DNA from: Akkermansia sp.
GTDB taxonomy: Bacteria; Verrucomicrobiota; Verrucomicrobiia; Verrucomicrobiales; Akkermansiaceae
DNA: 64,000 nucleotides
Assembly: GCA_017435505.1 (NCBI GenBank)
Contig: JAFSEZ010000018.1
Coordinates: 7,484-71,483, forward strand
Direction: 5' to 3'
Part shown: positions 28,531-38,309 of the stretch, piece by piece
Numbering within the stretch: position 1 is the first letter of the stretch
Layout: every line of letters starts with the position of its first letter
Notes under the pieces: generated by a model
What the model was told of the DNA's origin: nothing
The model's database searches: none
The model's input: the letters and a program-made list of their open reading frames with translations, nothing else
Translations under genes and position numbers: made by a program

Positions 28531-29895
28531 GTGAAAAGCCTGATACAAAGAACCGCGCCGGCCCTCATCCTACTGGTATTAGGTGCGCTCCTTGCCTTGT
28601 ACCTGGTGCCCACAGAATTAGCACAAATGGAATGGGAGGTGCCGGGCATGCCGGAGACATACCCTGTAGAGCAACTTTGCCGCCCTATCTTGCTGGCGCT
28701 GCTGTGTTTTGTGCCCTTTATCGGGGCTGTTGTCTATGCGTTCATGGGCTGCATGGATCGCTACATGAGCCGCAATTTCATTAACTATTTCCTGATGTGC
28801 ACGCTGATTCTGCTGCTCATCTATATTTTGGCAGACTTCACGGACAACATGGAGCGGTTCCGCACCCGTTTCGACAACCCTGTTGCGCAGGCTCTGCGCT
28901 TCTATGGCTCGCAACTTCCCATGTTCCTCTACCAGATTTTGCCCTACACCTTGCTCATGGGTACGCTGTGGTGTCTCAGCAAACTTTCCGGCACATGTGA
29001 AATCACCGGCATGCTGCAATCCGGGCGCTCACTGTTGCGCATATGCTGGCCAATCTTCTTCCTGGCATCACTAGTGGCCCTCATCTACGGCATCTTTGGT
29101 TTCCACTGGGCTCCCAGCGGGTCGCTCTACAGACAAGTCATCCTCAAGCAGGAGAGGGATGACGATGGTTCAGCCCCCTCTCTCATCTACCGCAGTGATT
29201 CCTCTGCCCGCATCTGGCGTATTGAAGACCCGGCTACCATGGATAATCCCGGAGCGCCCATGCGCAAGCTCATCATCGAGCAGTTCGACAAAGACACCCG
29301 CGGCAAACTCATTCGCCAATACTCTGCGGAGTCTGCCACTTGGAACAAAAAAGAATCCACGTGGACACTGCACAAAGCCTACATCCGCGAGCTGGCCCGT
29401 ATTGGCGAAAAGCCCAAAGATGATATCTATCACGAGGAACTCGTGTGCGATTTCGCAGAAAAGCCCTATCAAATCATCAGCCCCGGCACCAATGGGCGTA
29501 TTGATGCCATGGGCACCTCTGCCCTTTACGAATATATTTCCTCCGGTGCAGGTACGCGCGAGGATCGCTTCCGCAAACGAACCGAGTGGCACGTGCGCAT
29601 CGCCCGCATCTTCTCCTGCATGGTTTTGGTGCTGCTGGCCATACCCAGTGCCATCACCTTCCAGCGCCGTGGAACCATGAAAGGCATTGGTATAGCGGTG
29701 CTGTTGGCTGCATTCATGCTCTTCCTCTACCGCGTATTCCCGTCATTGGGCGAGGCCGGCTTGATTCAGGCATGGATAAGCGCGTGGATACCCAACGTAC
29801 TTTACCTGTTTATCGCTGTTTACCTCTTCCGCAAAAATCTGGCACACCGCACATTCCGTGAGTGGATGAAGGCAAAACTCTCCGGGAAACCATAA
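28531..29895 (+). CDS. LptF/LptG (YjgP/YjgQ) family permease
   Basis: 454 aa with a GTG start, six TM segments around a large central periplasmic domain, and the motif ILADFTDNM. Confidence 0.78.
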   Translation: MKSLIQRTAPALILLVLGALLALYLVPTELAQMEWEVPGMPETYPVEQLCRPILLALLCFVPFIGAVVYAFMGCMDRYMSRNFINYFLMCTLILLLIYILADFTDNMERFRTRFDNPVAQALRFYGSQLPMFLYQILPYTLLMGTLWCLSKLSGTCEITGMLQSGRSLLRICWPIFFLASLVALIYGIFGFHWAPSGSLYRQVILKQERDDDGSAPSLIYRSDSSARIWRIEDPATMDNPGAPMRKLIIEQFDKDTRGKLIRQYSAESATWNKKESTWTLHKAYIRELARIGEKPKDDIYHEELVCDFAEKPYQIISPGTNGRIDAMGTSALYEYISSGAGTREDRFRKRTEWHVRIARIFSCMVLVLLAIPSAITFQRRGTMKGIGIAVLLAAFMLFLYRVFPSLGEAGLIQAWISAWIPNVLYLFIAVYLFRKNLAHRTFREWMKAKLSGKP

Positions 29896-30599
29896 TGAAG
29901 CGTCCACGCGGAATCATTTTCGACTTTGATGGCGTACTGGTTGATACCGAGGTAGCCATCTACAACTCGTGGGTAGAACTCTATGCTCGCGAGGGGCAAA
30001 GCATCTCCATTGCCACATACAGTCCGTGCCTGGGAGCCGGGTACTCGCACTGGGATCCCGGTTCGCACCTCGAAAAGCTCACCGGGAAAACGTATGATTG
30101 GGCAGTAGAAACACCTGCCCGCCAAGCAAAACTCGAAGCGGAGCTTGCGCGCAGCGGACTCATGCCCGGAGCGGCAGAGCTAATGGACTGGTGCGATGCC
30201 CAAGGAATCAGCATGACGGTAGCCTCCTCCTCCTCTCGTCGTTGGGTTGCCGGGTGGTTGGAAAAACTTGGCATCTACGACCGCTTCGTGGGCGTATTTT
30301 GCCGCACGGACGGCTACGCCGTCAAGCCCGATCCGGCTCTTTTTCACGCCGCGCAAAGCTGTCTGCGGCTACCGGCGGAAGACTGTCTCATCATCGAAGA
30401 TACGGAAAATGGTACGATTGCAGCACAAAACTCCGGTATTCCCTGCTGTGCAGTGCCCAACCGCATGACAGAAACGAGCAATCTCTCCCGCGCCACTTAC
30501 CAAGCCCCCTCCTTGCAAGCACTATTGTATATGCTCCAAGAGGCTGTAGAGGTAACAGCATGCCCGGTGGCAAAGAAAGAGCCCGGTGGCCGGCAATAA
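29895..30599 (+). CDS. HAD-superfamily hydrolase (beta-phosphoglucomutase-like subfamily IA)
   Basis: Start MKRPRGIIFDFDGVLVDTE (DxD motif) overlaps the lptFG-like stop (TAATG). Later motifs are VASSSS and IIEDTENG. Confidence 0.85.
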   Translation: MKRPRGIIFDFDGVLVDTEVAIYNSWVELYAREGQSISIATYSPCLGAGYSHWDPGSHLEKLTGKTYDWAVETPARQAKLEAELARSGLMPGAAELMDWCDAQGISMTVASSSSRRWVAGWLEKLGIYDRFVGVFCRTDGYAVKPDPALFHAAQSCLRLPAEDCLIIEDTENGTIAAQNSGIPCCAVPNRMTETSNLSRATYQAPSLQALLYMLQEAVEVTACPVAKKEPGGRQ

Positions 30600-30648
30600 A
30601 GCACAGCACCGGGCGAGATGATGAAGGAAAAGAGGAGAGGGAGAATAC

Positions 30649-30924
30649 TCACTTGGTAAGGGTGGCAGGCACCACAGCAGGAGCTTCTTCTATGCCATTT
30701 TTAAAGCGCTCGAAAACGGCGCGAGGATCATCCGGCGATTTTTGGAGGGCATCAAAGATGCGGTCGCGCATGTCAAGAGCCGCCTGGAAAGCAGCTTCTT
30801 CGCTGCCATACTGGCGGTCGGAGAAGTACTTGGTGAACTGATTCCACTTGCGGCAGATGCTGAGACGCCAGCCTTGAAAGGAAGTGGTTTCGTACGTATA
30901 GCGGGTGATATTGCGTTGAGTCAT
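30649..30924 (-). CDS. small AP2-like DNA-binding protein (paralog 2)
   Basis: MTQRNITRYTYETTSFQGWRLSICRKWNQFTKYFSDRQYGSEEAAFQAALDMRDRIF aligns with the 15240-15515 product (I.RY, F.GWRL.I.R, F..YFSD, AA..AAL..RD). An in-frame upstream ATG at 30963 is an alternative start. Confidence 0.5.
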   Translation of the reverse strand: MTQRNITRYTYETTSFQGWRLSICRKWNQFTKYFSDRQYGSEEAAFQAALDMRDRIFDALQKSPDDPRAVFERFKNGIEEAPAVVPATLTK

Positions 30925-30975
30925 GATTGTGTTTTTTGGGTTGTTGAGAATCGTGGAAAACATCCACGTGGCGTC

Positions 30976-31004
30976 AGAATGCCAGATAAATCCGTTTGAC
31001 GCAA
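30976..31004 (-). promoter_or_regulatory. candidate promoter for AP2-like paralog 2 (TTGCGT-17-CATTCT)
   Basis: Minus strand: -35 at 31004-30999 and -10 at 30981-30976. This is 12 nt before the ATG at 30963 and 51 nt before the ATG at 30924. Confidence 0.3.
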
Positions 31005-31074
31005 CCTAACTCGCTAATTGTTTGTGTTTAACAGAGTTAGACGTATTTCACCCAACACAGAAACGGCTTTGGGC

Positions 31075-31102
31075 TTGCAATTCTGCACAAGTGGGTTATG
31101 AT
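31075..31102 (+). promoter_or_regulatory. candidate promoter (TTGCAA-16-TATGAT), 7 nt before the ATG at 31110
   Basis: The -10 hexamer overlaps the two upstream in-frame ATGs, which favours the start MSRLSIPEY at 31110. Confidence 0.4.
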
Positions 31103-31109
31103 GAGGGGC

Positions 31110-31559
31110 ATGAGCCGACTTTCCATACCTGAATATGTGATGGCACTGGCACATGTAGCCGCCCTACGCTCCGAAGACCCCTACCGCAAGGTCGGTGCCG
31201 CCGCTCTGGATAAAGATAACCGTGTCATTGGTACCGCCTACAACGGTCTGTTCCCCGGATTCGATGCACCGACCGGTTTTTGGGCATCGCGCGATGAGCG
31301 CCAAAAGTATATGCTGCATGCAGAAATCAATCTGTGTAGTCTGTTCAAACGCGGGGAAGCTCGTATCGTGGCATGCACTACGATGCCCTGCACTTCGTGC
31401 ATGCAGGCGCTGTGTGCCCATGGTGTAAAGAAAATTTACTATGGAGAAAGCTATGCCGCATCCGAAGCTCCGGCCATTGCCGCCATGTACGGTGTAGAGC
31501 TGATTCAGGTGAAAGATTATCCGCTGGCTCAACATTTCCCCTTGGTTCCCAAGGGCTAA
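31110..31559 (+). CDS. dCMP/deoxycytidylate deaminase (ComEB-like)
   Basis: Zinc-binding motifs HAEINL and PCTSCMQAL of the cytidine/deoxycytidylate deaminase fold, with a length of ~150 aa. Confidence 0.85.
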   Translation: MSRLSIPEYVMALAHVAALRSEDPYRKVGAAALDKDNRVIGTAYNGLFPGFDAPTGFWASRDERQKYMLHAEINLCSLFKRGEARIVACTTMPCTSCMQALCAHGVKKIYYGESYAASEAPAIAAMYGVELIQVKDYPLAQHFPLVPKG

Positions 31560-31583
31560 ATCGCTTGCAGAAAGAGATTTGCC

Positions 31584-34500
31584 GTGGCAAAGCCTCTCAC
31601 AGCCATTGTTGCCAACTCACCGGCTTTTGCCGCTGAGTTGGGGCGTTTGCGCCGGCGCACACTCGATGAGCCCGTCATCTTCCCGCGCACCAGCCCGGCA
31701 TCATTTGCCTTTGTTGCGGCCATGGTGGCAAACCATATACCAAGTAAGGGGCGTATCTGGGTGGTGGCGGATGCCCTGCCCCGCCAAGAACGCATAGCGG
31801 CAGAATTGAACTTGTGGACGGAGACTGAGTGTATTTTTGTACCGGAGCGAGAAATTCATATCAACAACGGCCTGAGCGACCCCGACTTGGCTGCCGAGCG
31901 ATTGGAGGCCATACGCGAGCTTTCGCAACCAACCAATGTGCCGCAGGTAGTAGTGGTGACATCTGCCGGGTTAAAACAGCCCATCCCACTTTTCAAAAAA
32001 GCACAGGAGGCATCCACGATGCTGAGTGTGGGCAAGGAATGCCCGCCTGAGGAATTGGCGGCGCTTTTGCAAGAGCATGAATTTGAGCGCGTGGAGCAAG
32101 TAACTGCCCGCGGACAATGGAGTTTGAGAGGTGGCATATTAGATGTATACCCCCTGCAAACAGCATGGCCTCTGCGTGTAGAGTTTTTTGGGGATGAAAT
32201 AGAAAGCATCCGCGCTTTCGACGTGGATTCGCAGTTATCTTTCAAAAAATTGGCGGCAGCAGAACTCGTCCTGACAGAACCGCCGGATGAAGCATGCCTG
32301 CAAGACCTCATCGCAGAGCAAGATCGCATTGTCGCACTCCCTGATAGTGGCGTACCGGGCGATGTGCTGATTTTTGAAACGCCCCCGGATATGGCAGATA
32401 TGCTGCCCGATTTAGACAGTCTCACAGCAGACGAGCCACTGGCATTCTTCGGTTCACCGCTGGGTAGCTTTGAAAGCGGCGATTTTGTCATGCAGGAAGC
32501 TCGCCGCAACTTGGCACGTACTGCTCTGCTCAAATGGAGGCGGGAAAAATGGCGCATAGTCATGTATTTCCCCCACGAAGGAGAAAAGAAGCGATTTGAG
32601 GAAATATGCGGGGAGGACGAGGCATGGCAATGCGTGCAGGCCCGAGATGGGGAACTTCCCTTTGGTTTCACCATACCATCGGCCAAGTTAGCAGTCTTAT
32701 CAGCCGCCGAGCTGTTTGGGCGCTATACCTCCCCCCGCAACCGACGCAAGAATGACTTGGCAGACCGCCTGCGACGCGAGCGAGCCCAAGCGCCCCTGCG
32801 TGAGATTGCACCGGGAGATTTGGTGATTCACGCAGCTCACGGCCTTGGCAAGTATGTAGGCATTGTGCAAGATACTAAGACGGGTGAGGAAGAACTGCAC
32901 ATTGAATATGCCGGAGGGGTTCTTCTGCGCATTCCGTTGCGTCAAGGTCACTTGGTTTCCAAATATGTGGGATTGGGAGCTCGCACGCCGGAGCTGAGCA
33001 AACTGGGCGATGCACGCTGGCGCCGAGCATGCCAAGCCGCAGAAAAGGCCGTTGCGGATTACGCCGCCCAACTACTGGAAGTGCAAGCAGAGCGCGAAAG
33101 CAACTCCGGCTACTCTCACCCGCCGGATTCCTCTTGGATGTGGCAATTTGAATCCAGTTTCCCTTTCAGAGAAACGCCCGATCAGCTTCGCGCCATCAAC
33201 CAAACAAAAGCCGACATGGAGGCCCCGCGCCCCATGGACAGACTCATCTGCGGTGATGTAGGTTTCGGTAAGACGGAGGTTGCCATCCGCGCGGCATTCA
33301 AATGCGTAACCGGCGGTCGCCAAGCCGCCATTCTGGCACCCACCACCGTACTGGCAGACCAGCATTGGCGTACTTTTCGCACGCGCATGAGCGAGTACCC
33401 CATCCGCATCGAACTCCTCAGCCGCTTTACCGCACCCAAGAAAGCAGCAGAAATCATCGCCGGATTGGAAAGCGGCGATGTTGATATCGTGGTAGGCACA
33501 CACCGCATTATTTCCAAAGACATACGATTCAAGAATCTGGGCTTGGCTGTCATTGATGAAGAACAGCGCTTTGGCGTGCGCCACAAGGAGCAGTTCAAAC
33601 GCATGTTCCGCATGGTGGATATGCTCACTCTTTCTGCCACGCCTATCCCGCGTACTCTCTACGTGGCACTCATGGGGGCGCGCGATATGAGCACTATTGA
33701 TACAGCCCCCCTGAACCGCCTACCGGTACAAACAGCCGTTTGCCCCTATAACGAGGAGTTGATTGCTAAAGCGATCGAACGAGAATTGGCACGCAATGGT
33801 CAAGTCTTCTTTTTGCACAACCGCGTGCAAAGCATACGCGAAAAAGAAGCAGAGCTGCGGCGTCTTGTTCCCAAAGCCCGTATCGTAGTAGGCCACGGCC
33901 AGATGGACAAGAGTGAGCTGGAGTGTATCATGCGAGATTTTGTGGCCGGCAAGGCAGATGTTCTCCTCTCCACCACCATCATTGAAAGCGGTATAGATAT
34001 TCCCAACGCCAACACCATCATCATCGACCGCGCAGACCGCTTCGGCCTGGCAGATTTATACCAACTGCGAGGACGAGTGGGGCGCGGCGGACACCGTGCA
34101 TACGCCTATCTGCTGCTGCCGCCGGAAGCTCTTTGCACCGGAGATGCCCGCAAACGAGTATCTGCCATCAAACAGTACACAGAGCTGGGAAGTGGCTTCA
34201 AAATTGCCATGCGCGATTTAGAAATACGCGGAGCCGGCAACTTGTTGGGAACCCAGCAAAGCGGACACATTGCAGCTATCGGCTTTGAACTGTATTGCCA
34301 GCTTTTGCGCCAATCTATTGAGCGGTTGCAAGGAAAAACACCGGCCATTCGAGCAGATGCTGCTGTGAAAGCTGATTTCCTCTGCCTGAGCGAGGCCACC
34401 ATGAGCACACGCAGCGCCCACGCGGAGCTTCTGGGGGCATACCTGCCCGCTGCCTACATAGAATCCACCCGCACGCGCATGGCATGCTACACACAACTAG

Positions 34501-34778
34501 CCAAATGCTGCACCCATGCTGATACTGATGATTTGGCAACCCAGTGGAAAGATCGCTTTGGGCCCCTTCCCAAGGAAGCAGAGCACCTGCTGCTGATGCA
34601 CAAAATCAAAATTGCCGCCTCCGATCGCAACATTGCACAGGTAGAAATCAGCGGTCAAAAACTCATGCTCACCCGCAACAATGATTACATCCTGCTCGAT
34701 AGGCGCTTCCCGCGTCTGCGCAAACTGCACGCAGCTGATAAGTTGAAGGAAGCGCTGCAATTCCTCACCGCCATGTAA
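31584..34778 (+). CDS. mfd: transcription-repair coupling factor
   Basis: 1064 aa with a GTG start. It has a UvrB-homology N-terminal module, an RNAP-interacting domain (PGDLVIHAAHGLGKYVG), Walker A GDVGFGKTEVA, DEEQRFGV and a TRG/helicase C region. Confidence 0.95.
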   Translation: MAKPLTAIVANSPAFAAELGRLRRRTLDEPVIFPRTSPASFAFVAAMVANHIPSKGRIWVVADALPRQERIAAELNLWTETECIFVPEREIHINNGLSDPDLAAERLEAIRELSQPTNVPQVVVVTSAGLKQPIPLFKKAQEASTMLSVGKECPPEELAALLQEHEFERVEQVTARGQWSLRGGILDVYPLQTAWPLRVEFFGDEIESIRAFDVDSQLSFKKLAAAELVLTEPPDEACLQDLIAEQDRIVALPDSGVPGDVLIFETPPDMADMLPDLDSLTADEPLAFFGSPLGSFESGDFVMQEARRNLARTALLKWRREKWRIVMYFPHEGEKKRFEEICGEDEAWQCVQARDGELPFGFTIPSAKLAVLSAAELFGRYTSPRNRRKNDLADRLRRERAQAPLREIAPGDLVIHAAHGLGKYVGIVQDTKTGEEELHIEYAGGVLLRIPLRQGHLVSKYVGLGARTPELSKLGDARWRRACQAAEKAVADYAAQLLEVQAERESNSGYSHPPDSSWMWQFESSFPFRETPDQLRAINQTKADMEAPRPMDRLICGDVGFGKTEVAIRAAFKCVTGGRQAAILAPTTVLADQHWRTFRTRMSEYPIRIELLSRFTAPKKAAEIIAGLESGDVDIVVGTHRIISKDIRFKNLGLAVIDEEQRFGVRHKEQFKRMFRMVDMLTLSATPIPRTLYVALMGARDMSTIDTAPLNRLPVQTAVCPYNEELIAKAIERELARNGQVFFLHNRVQSIREKEAELRRLVPKARIVVGHGQMDKSELECIMRDFVAGKADVLLSTTIIESGIDIPNANTIIIDRADRFGLADLYQLRGRVGRGGHRAYAYLLLPPEALCTGDARKRVSAIKQYTELGSGFKIAMRDLEIRGAGNLLGTQQSGHIAAIGFELYCQLLRQSIERLQGKTPAIRADAAVKADFLCLSEATMSTRSAHAELLGAYLPAAYIESTRTRMACYTQLAKCCTHADTDDLATQWKDRFGPLPKEAEHLLLMHKIKIAASDRNIAQVEISGQKLMLTRNNDYILLDRRFPRLRKLHAADKLKEALQFLTAM

Positions 34779-34786
34779 ACAACAAA

Positions 34787-34805
34787 GCCTCCCGCTTTGG
34801 GAGGC
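34787..34805. terminator. shared hairpin between convergent mfd and the Pro/Ala-rich lipoprotein gene
   Basis: GCCTCCC-GCTTT-GGGAGGC. A U-run (UUUGUU) follows only on the minus-strand transcript. Confidence 0.45.
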
Positions 34806-34840
34806 CTTGCCGAATGACACTTACTTATCGACCGGGGAAA

Positions 34841-35752
34841 TTATGCAGCTGCGGGTGCAGGAGCAGGTGCTGCAGGTGCAGGTGTTGCGGGTTGTTCCGC
34901 CGGTTTCGGCGCTGCAGCTCCCTCAGCAGGTGCGGGTGCAGCAGGCTTGGGGGCTACTTTCGGAGCACCTTCCGGTGCGGGGGAAATGTAGTACACAATA
35001 CCATCTACCATGGCTTGATAATACCCACCGGGCAAAATCTTAATCGTGACGGTACGCCCTGCATAGTTGAAAGGAGGAGGATTCACCTTGTAGCGGCGCA
35101 GTTCAGGAGCATCCGGCTGGTCGGGATCGCGCACCACCACAGTGATAGGCCCATGAATAGGCTCAGCCTGCACCATCGGGGTGCTGTAGCTGCGATCCTT
35201 GTGCATAAATCCGCAAGGATAAATCGTACCCGTTGCATCCTGCGCCTCGATGAAAAGGCGGTTGGGAGTTCCATTGATGATGCGTACGGTATAATCCATC
35301 AACTGGGGCTGTGCCGCAGGGGCAGATGCCGCAGGAGCTGCACCGGCACCGGGGAATACGGATGCCACTGCGGAGGAAGCAGCATTCTGGAAAGAAGCAA
35401 AATTACCCACGACCGGAGCACCGGGAGTTGCAGGCATGGCAACCGGAGTTGCCGGTGCAGCTACGGGTTGAGATGCAGTTGCCGGCACCATCTGGGCACC
35501 ACCGGCATATTCTGCCGCCTGCTGATCAAATGCAGCATCGGTATCATTCTGCACGGCTACGGGAGACTGCCCGGGCAACGCCAAATACTGGCGATTGCGT
35601 AACACATTACCCAACGAATTAGCAGGATTCGTTGCGGTTGTCCCTCCGCTTACCACGGTTGCAGTCTTGGTAAGCGGGGCTTCGGGCGCATACGGCGCAC
35701 AGGAGGTGGCCAGCGCTATCACTACTGCGGAAAGAATAAAAAGTCCCTTCAT
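34841..35752 (-). CDS. hypothetical lipoprotein with Pro/Ala-rich tail
   Basis: Start placed at MKGLFILSAVVIALATSC (lipobox). The central ~100 aa are beta-rich and the C-terminal ~60 aa are PAPAA-type low complexity. I recognise no family. Confidence 0.5.
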   Translation of the reverse strand: MKGLFILSAVVIALATSCAPYAPEAPLTKTATVVSGGTTATNPANSLGNVLRNRQYLALPGQSPVAVQNDTDAAFDQQAAEYAGGAQMVPATASQPVAAPATPVAMPATPGAPVVGNFASFQNAASSAVASVFPGAGAAPAASAPAAQPQLMDYTVRIINGTPNRLFIEAQDATGTIYPCGFMHKDRSYSTPMVQAEPIHGPITVVVRDPDQPDAPELRRYKVNPPPFNYAGRTVTIKILPGGYYQAMVDGIVYYISPAPEGAPKVAPKPAAPAPAEGAAAPKPAEQPATPAPAAPAPAPAAA

Positions 35753-35892
35753 CGTACCGCTTTCTAGCATATTCTGCGAGATTAATCAAGCCTATTATGC
35801 GACATTTTGAAAAATTAGCTGAAAACAACGATAAAACACCCGGGAAAAGCAACTCTCCCCGGGTGCAAAATGAAATACCAACAGTAGGCGGA

Positions 35893-36198
35893 TTAGTTAC
35901 CGCGAACAGTGGTGGTGTAGGTGGTGATGATACCAAGAACGCTCTTGATTTCCTCGCTGGCGGAAGACACGGAGGAGATGCCACCGTTGCGCTTAGCAGC
36001 CTCGATAGAAGCATCGCCAAGAGCGACAAGGCCAAGGTAAGTGGTGGAGGTAGCAGTACCAACCTTAGCGCCGCTGCCGCTGCCGGCAGCTACGGGGGCG
36101 GTAATATCGGTGTAAAGGGCGCCAACGCGGTTAGCGCCACAGCTGCTGAGAGCGATTGCGGCGGCGGCAAGAGCAACAGATACGATTACTTTCTTCAT
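35893..36198 (-). CDS. small TRL-like lipoprotein
   Basis: Start at MKKVIVSVALAAAAIALSSCG (lipobox). The ~100-aa length and the ...GLVALGDASIEAAKRNGGI...TTVRGN pattern resemble the TRL family. Confidence 0.55.
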   Translation of the reverse strand: MKKVIVSVALAAAAIALSSCGANRVGALYTDITAPVAAGSGSGAKVGTATSTTYLGLVALGDASIEAAKRNGGISSVSSASEEIKSVLGIITTYTTTVRGN

Positions 36199-36462
36199 GG
36201 TAATATAATAAGTTTGTTTTTTATGAGGTTGAAGCTGCACAGGTACCGTGCAGCACAACCTAACGTTGGAACTTGTACAGTAAGAATAACATCAAGTCAA
36301 GAAAAAAACGTACTATAAAAATTAAATTGTAAAGACAACCAAACGAAACTTTTTTCCCTCAACAAAAAAATGAAAAAAGACGTGATTTGTACCAAGCATT
36401 GCACGAGGAAGAGTTGCGGGGATTCTCCCCCCGGCACAACCGAGGGCTGACAGGATTAAAAC

Positions 36463-36491
36463 TTGCTTTTAGGGTGGATGTTTGCTACCTT
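36463..36491 (+). promoter_or_regulatory. weak candidate promoter (TTGCTT-17-TACCTT), 9 nt before the ATG at 36501
   Basis: The spacing fits, but the -10 hexamer is poor. Confidence 0.3.
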
Positions 36492-36500
36492 CACCCGCGT

Positions 36501-37646
36501 ATGAAGAAAACATTTGCAACGCTTGGTATGAGCCTCGGTGTGCTCGCGGTGATGAGCTCGTGCCAAAGCACAGACGGAGACGGCTACGGAGAGTGGGAAG
36601 AAGCCACCCCGATGAGTGAAATGTCGGTTGCTGATGGTGAAATTCCGCCGTGGCTGCTGGAAGATGACGGCAGCACGCAGGTGGATGCCGGTGATTATAC
36701 TCCTGATATGCGCAATCAGTACGCCATACCTGATCCGGAAGCAACCGTGGCTGATAGCGGAGCTTCCGGCTCTGCCAATCAGAATCAGCCGGCTGTCGCT
36801 GCGGTACAGGATGATGACATTGCCGTTGAGACACCGGAGATTCCCGCCGAAGTGAACGTTGTGGATCCCCTCCTTCACAACCAGCACGCCGTTGCGGTCG
36901 TGCCCGCAGAACAAGTCAGCAAAACGGAAGCTCGCACGACCATTATCAAGAAAAGCCCTGTTGCTACAACTACCCCCCGCACAAAAGTTTCCACTACAAA
37001 AAAGCCTGCCACCAAGCCTGCAACGAGGATTGCTGCTAATAAAAAGAGTGGCAAAAAGCAATCGGCTAAGAAAAGCGTCAAGCCCCAAGAGCCCACTCTC
37101 GTCACCTACAAGGTACGCCCCGGTGATAGCCTGAGTGAAATTGCAGCACGCAGCAACACCACCGTGGCACAAATTCGCCGCGATTCCAACATCAGCGGTA
37201 GTGTCATCCGCCCCGGCCAAATCATCAAAGTACGCTATACGCCCAAGGGCTACAAGCCCGGCACCGGCACGAAGGCTAAAACTCACGTGGTATCCCGCGG
37301 CGAAAGCATCTCCTCAATTGCCAAGCGCAATGGTGTAACAGTCCAGGACATCCTGATGGCGAACAATATCCCTGCCAAGGACGCTGCCAAGATTCGCCCC
37401 GGCAAACGCCTCACTATCCCCGCCAAGGGTGGAATCAAGGAAACCGGCAAGATGACGAAGAACAGCACCAAAGCCACAGCCAAGAGCAAGACACACACCA
37501 TTGCCCGCGGTGAGAGCCTTTCCACCATCGCCAAGCGCCACGGTGTGACTGTGCAGGAGCTCTGCAAGGCCAACAACATCTCCGCCAAGCAAGTCGATAA
37601 GATTCAGGCCGGTCAAAAGCTGACCATTCCTGCCAAAAAGCGCTGA
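36501..37646 (+). CDS. lipoprotein with three LysM domains
   Basis: Start MKKTFATLGMSLGVLAVMSSC. An acidic region and a Lys-rich linker are followed by three LysM repeats (YKVRPGDSLSEIA.., HVVSRGESISSIAKRNGV.., HTIARGESLSTIAKRHGV..). Confidence 0.85.
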   Translation: MKKTFATLGMSLGVLAVMSSCQSTDGDGYGEWEEATPMSEMSVADGEIPPWLLEDDGSTQVDAGDYTPDMRNQYAIPDPEATVADSGASGSANQNQPAVAAVQDDDIAVETPEIPAEVNVVDPLLHNQHAVAVVPAEQVSKTEARTTIIKKSPVATTTPRTKVSTTKKPATKPATRIAANKKSGKKQSAKKSVKPQEPTLVTYKVRPGDSLSEIAARSNTTVAQIRRDSNISGSVIRPGQIIKVRYTPKGYKPGTGTKAKTHVVSRGESISSIAKRNGVTVQDILMANNIPAKDAAKIRPGKRLTIPAKGGIKETGKMTKNSTKATAKSKTHTIARGESLSTIAKRHGVTVQELCKANNISAKQVDKIQAGQKLTIPAKKR

Positions 37647-37685
37647 GAAAGCCCCTTTTCCTAACAGGATACAACAGGTCATTCC

Positions 37686-38309
37686 ATGAAAACCCCGCTT
37701 CACACATGTGCTCTGCTCAGTCTTGCCACGGCGGTTATATATCTTCCCTCGTGTACCGTAACACAGCAGACCATTGATTTTTCGGTATTCTCCGATGCTG
37801 TCGCACCGGCACAAAACGATGACGTGCAAGTAGAAGTGGGGAGTGGATTATCTGCATCAGATTCGTATACAGCGCCGGCTGCACCCGTAGCAGCAACTCC
37901 GGCTTCCCCCGCACGCACCGGGGGAAGCGCCGGCAGCTACACCGTGCTCAAAGGTGATACGCTCTCTGCTATTGCCCGCAAGCATCAGATACCGCTTGCC
38001 GCCCTGTATGCCGCCAATGGTCTTTCTGAAGAAAACTCCGGCATTCGGGACGGGCAAAAGCTTATTATCCCGGCGGCCGGCAAAACCTCCCCGGCTCCCG
38101 TGGTGCAGGTTTCCACGCCTGCACCGGTGCGCAGCAAAAGCAGCAAAGCCGGGAGCTATACCATCGTCAAAGGCGATTCTATCTCCTCCATTGCCCGGCG
38201 TCACGGCATCAGCAGAGCTGCATTGATGCAGGCCAATGGGCTCACCCCCGAAACGGCAGACAAAATTAATGCCGGTCAAACCCTCAACATACCTACCAAC
38301 AACCAATGA
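37686..38309 (+). CDS. secreted protein with two LysM domains
   Basis: Signal/lipobox region (ATAVIYLPSC), then YTVLKGDTLSAIARKHQI.. and YTIVKGDSISSIARRHGI... Confidence 0.85.
   Translation: MKTPLHTCALLSLATAVIYLPSCTVTQQTIDFSVFSDAVAPAQNDDVQVEVGSGLSASDSYTAPAAPVAATPASPARTGGSAGSYTVLKGDTLSAIARKHQIPLAALYAANGLSEENSGIRDGQKLIIPAAGKTSPAPVVQVSTPAPVRSKSSKAGSYTIVKGDSISSIARRHGISRAALMQANGLTPETADKINAGQTLNIPTNNQ

Noticed and set aside
34841-34990. Short GCAGGTGC-type DNA repeats that look like a tandem array
   Set aside because: They are in frame and encode the Pro/Ala low-complexity C-terminus of the lipoprotein. There is no spacer/repeat periodicity of the CRISPR or VNTR type.
36370-36450. 26-codon ORF (MKKDVICTKHCTRKSCGDSPPGTTEG) upstream of the LysM gene
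   Set aside because: It is very short, has no recognisable family and no promoter or terminator context. It lies in an A-rich spacer where ATG-AAA runs arise by chance.
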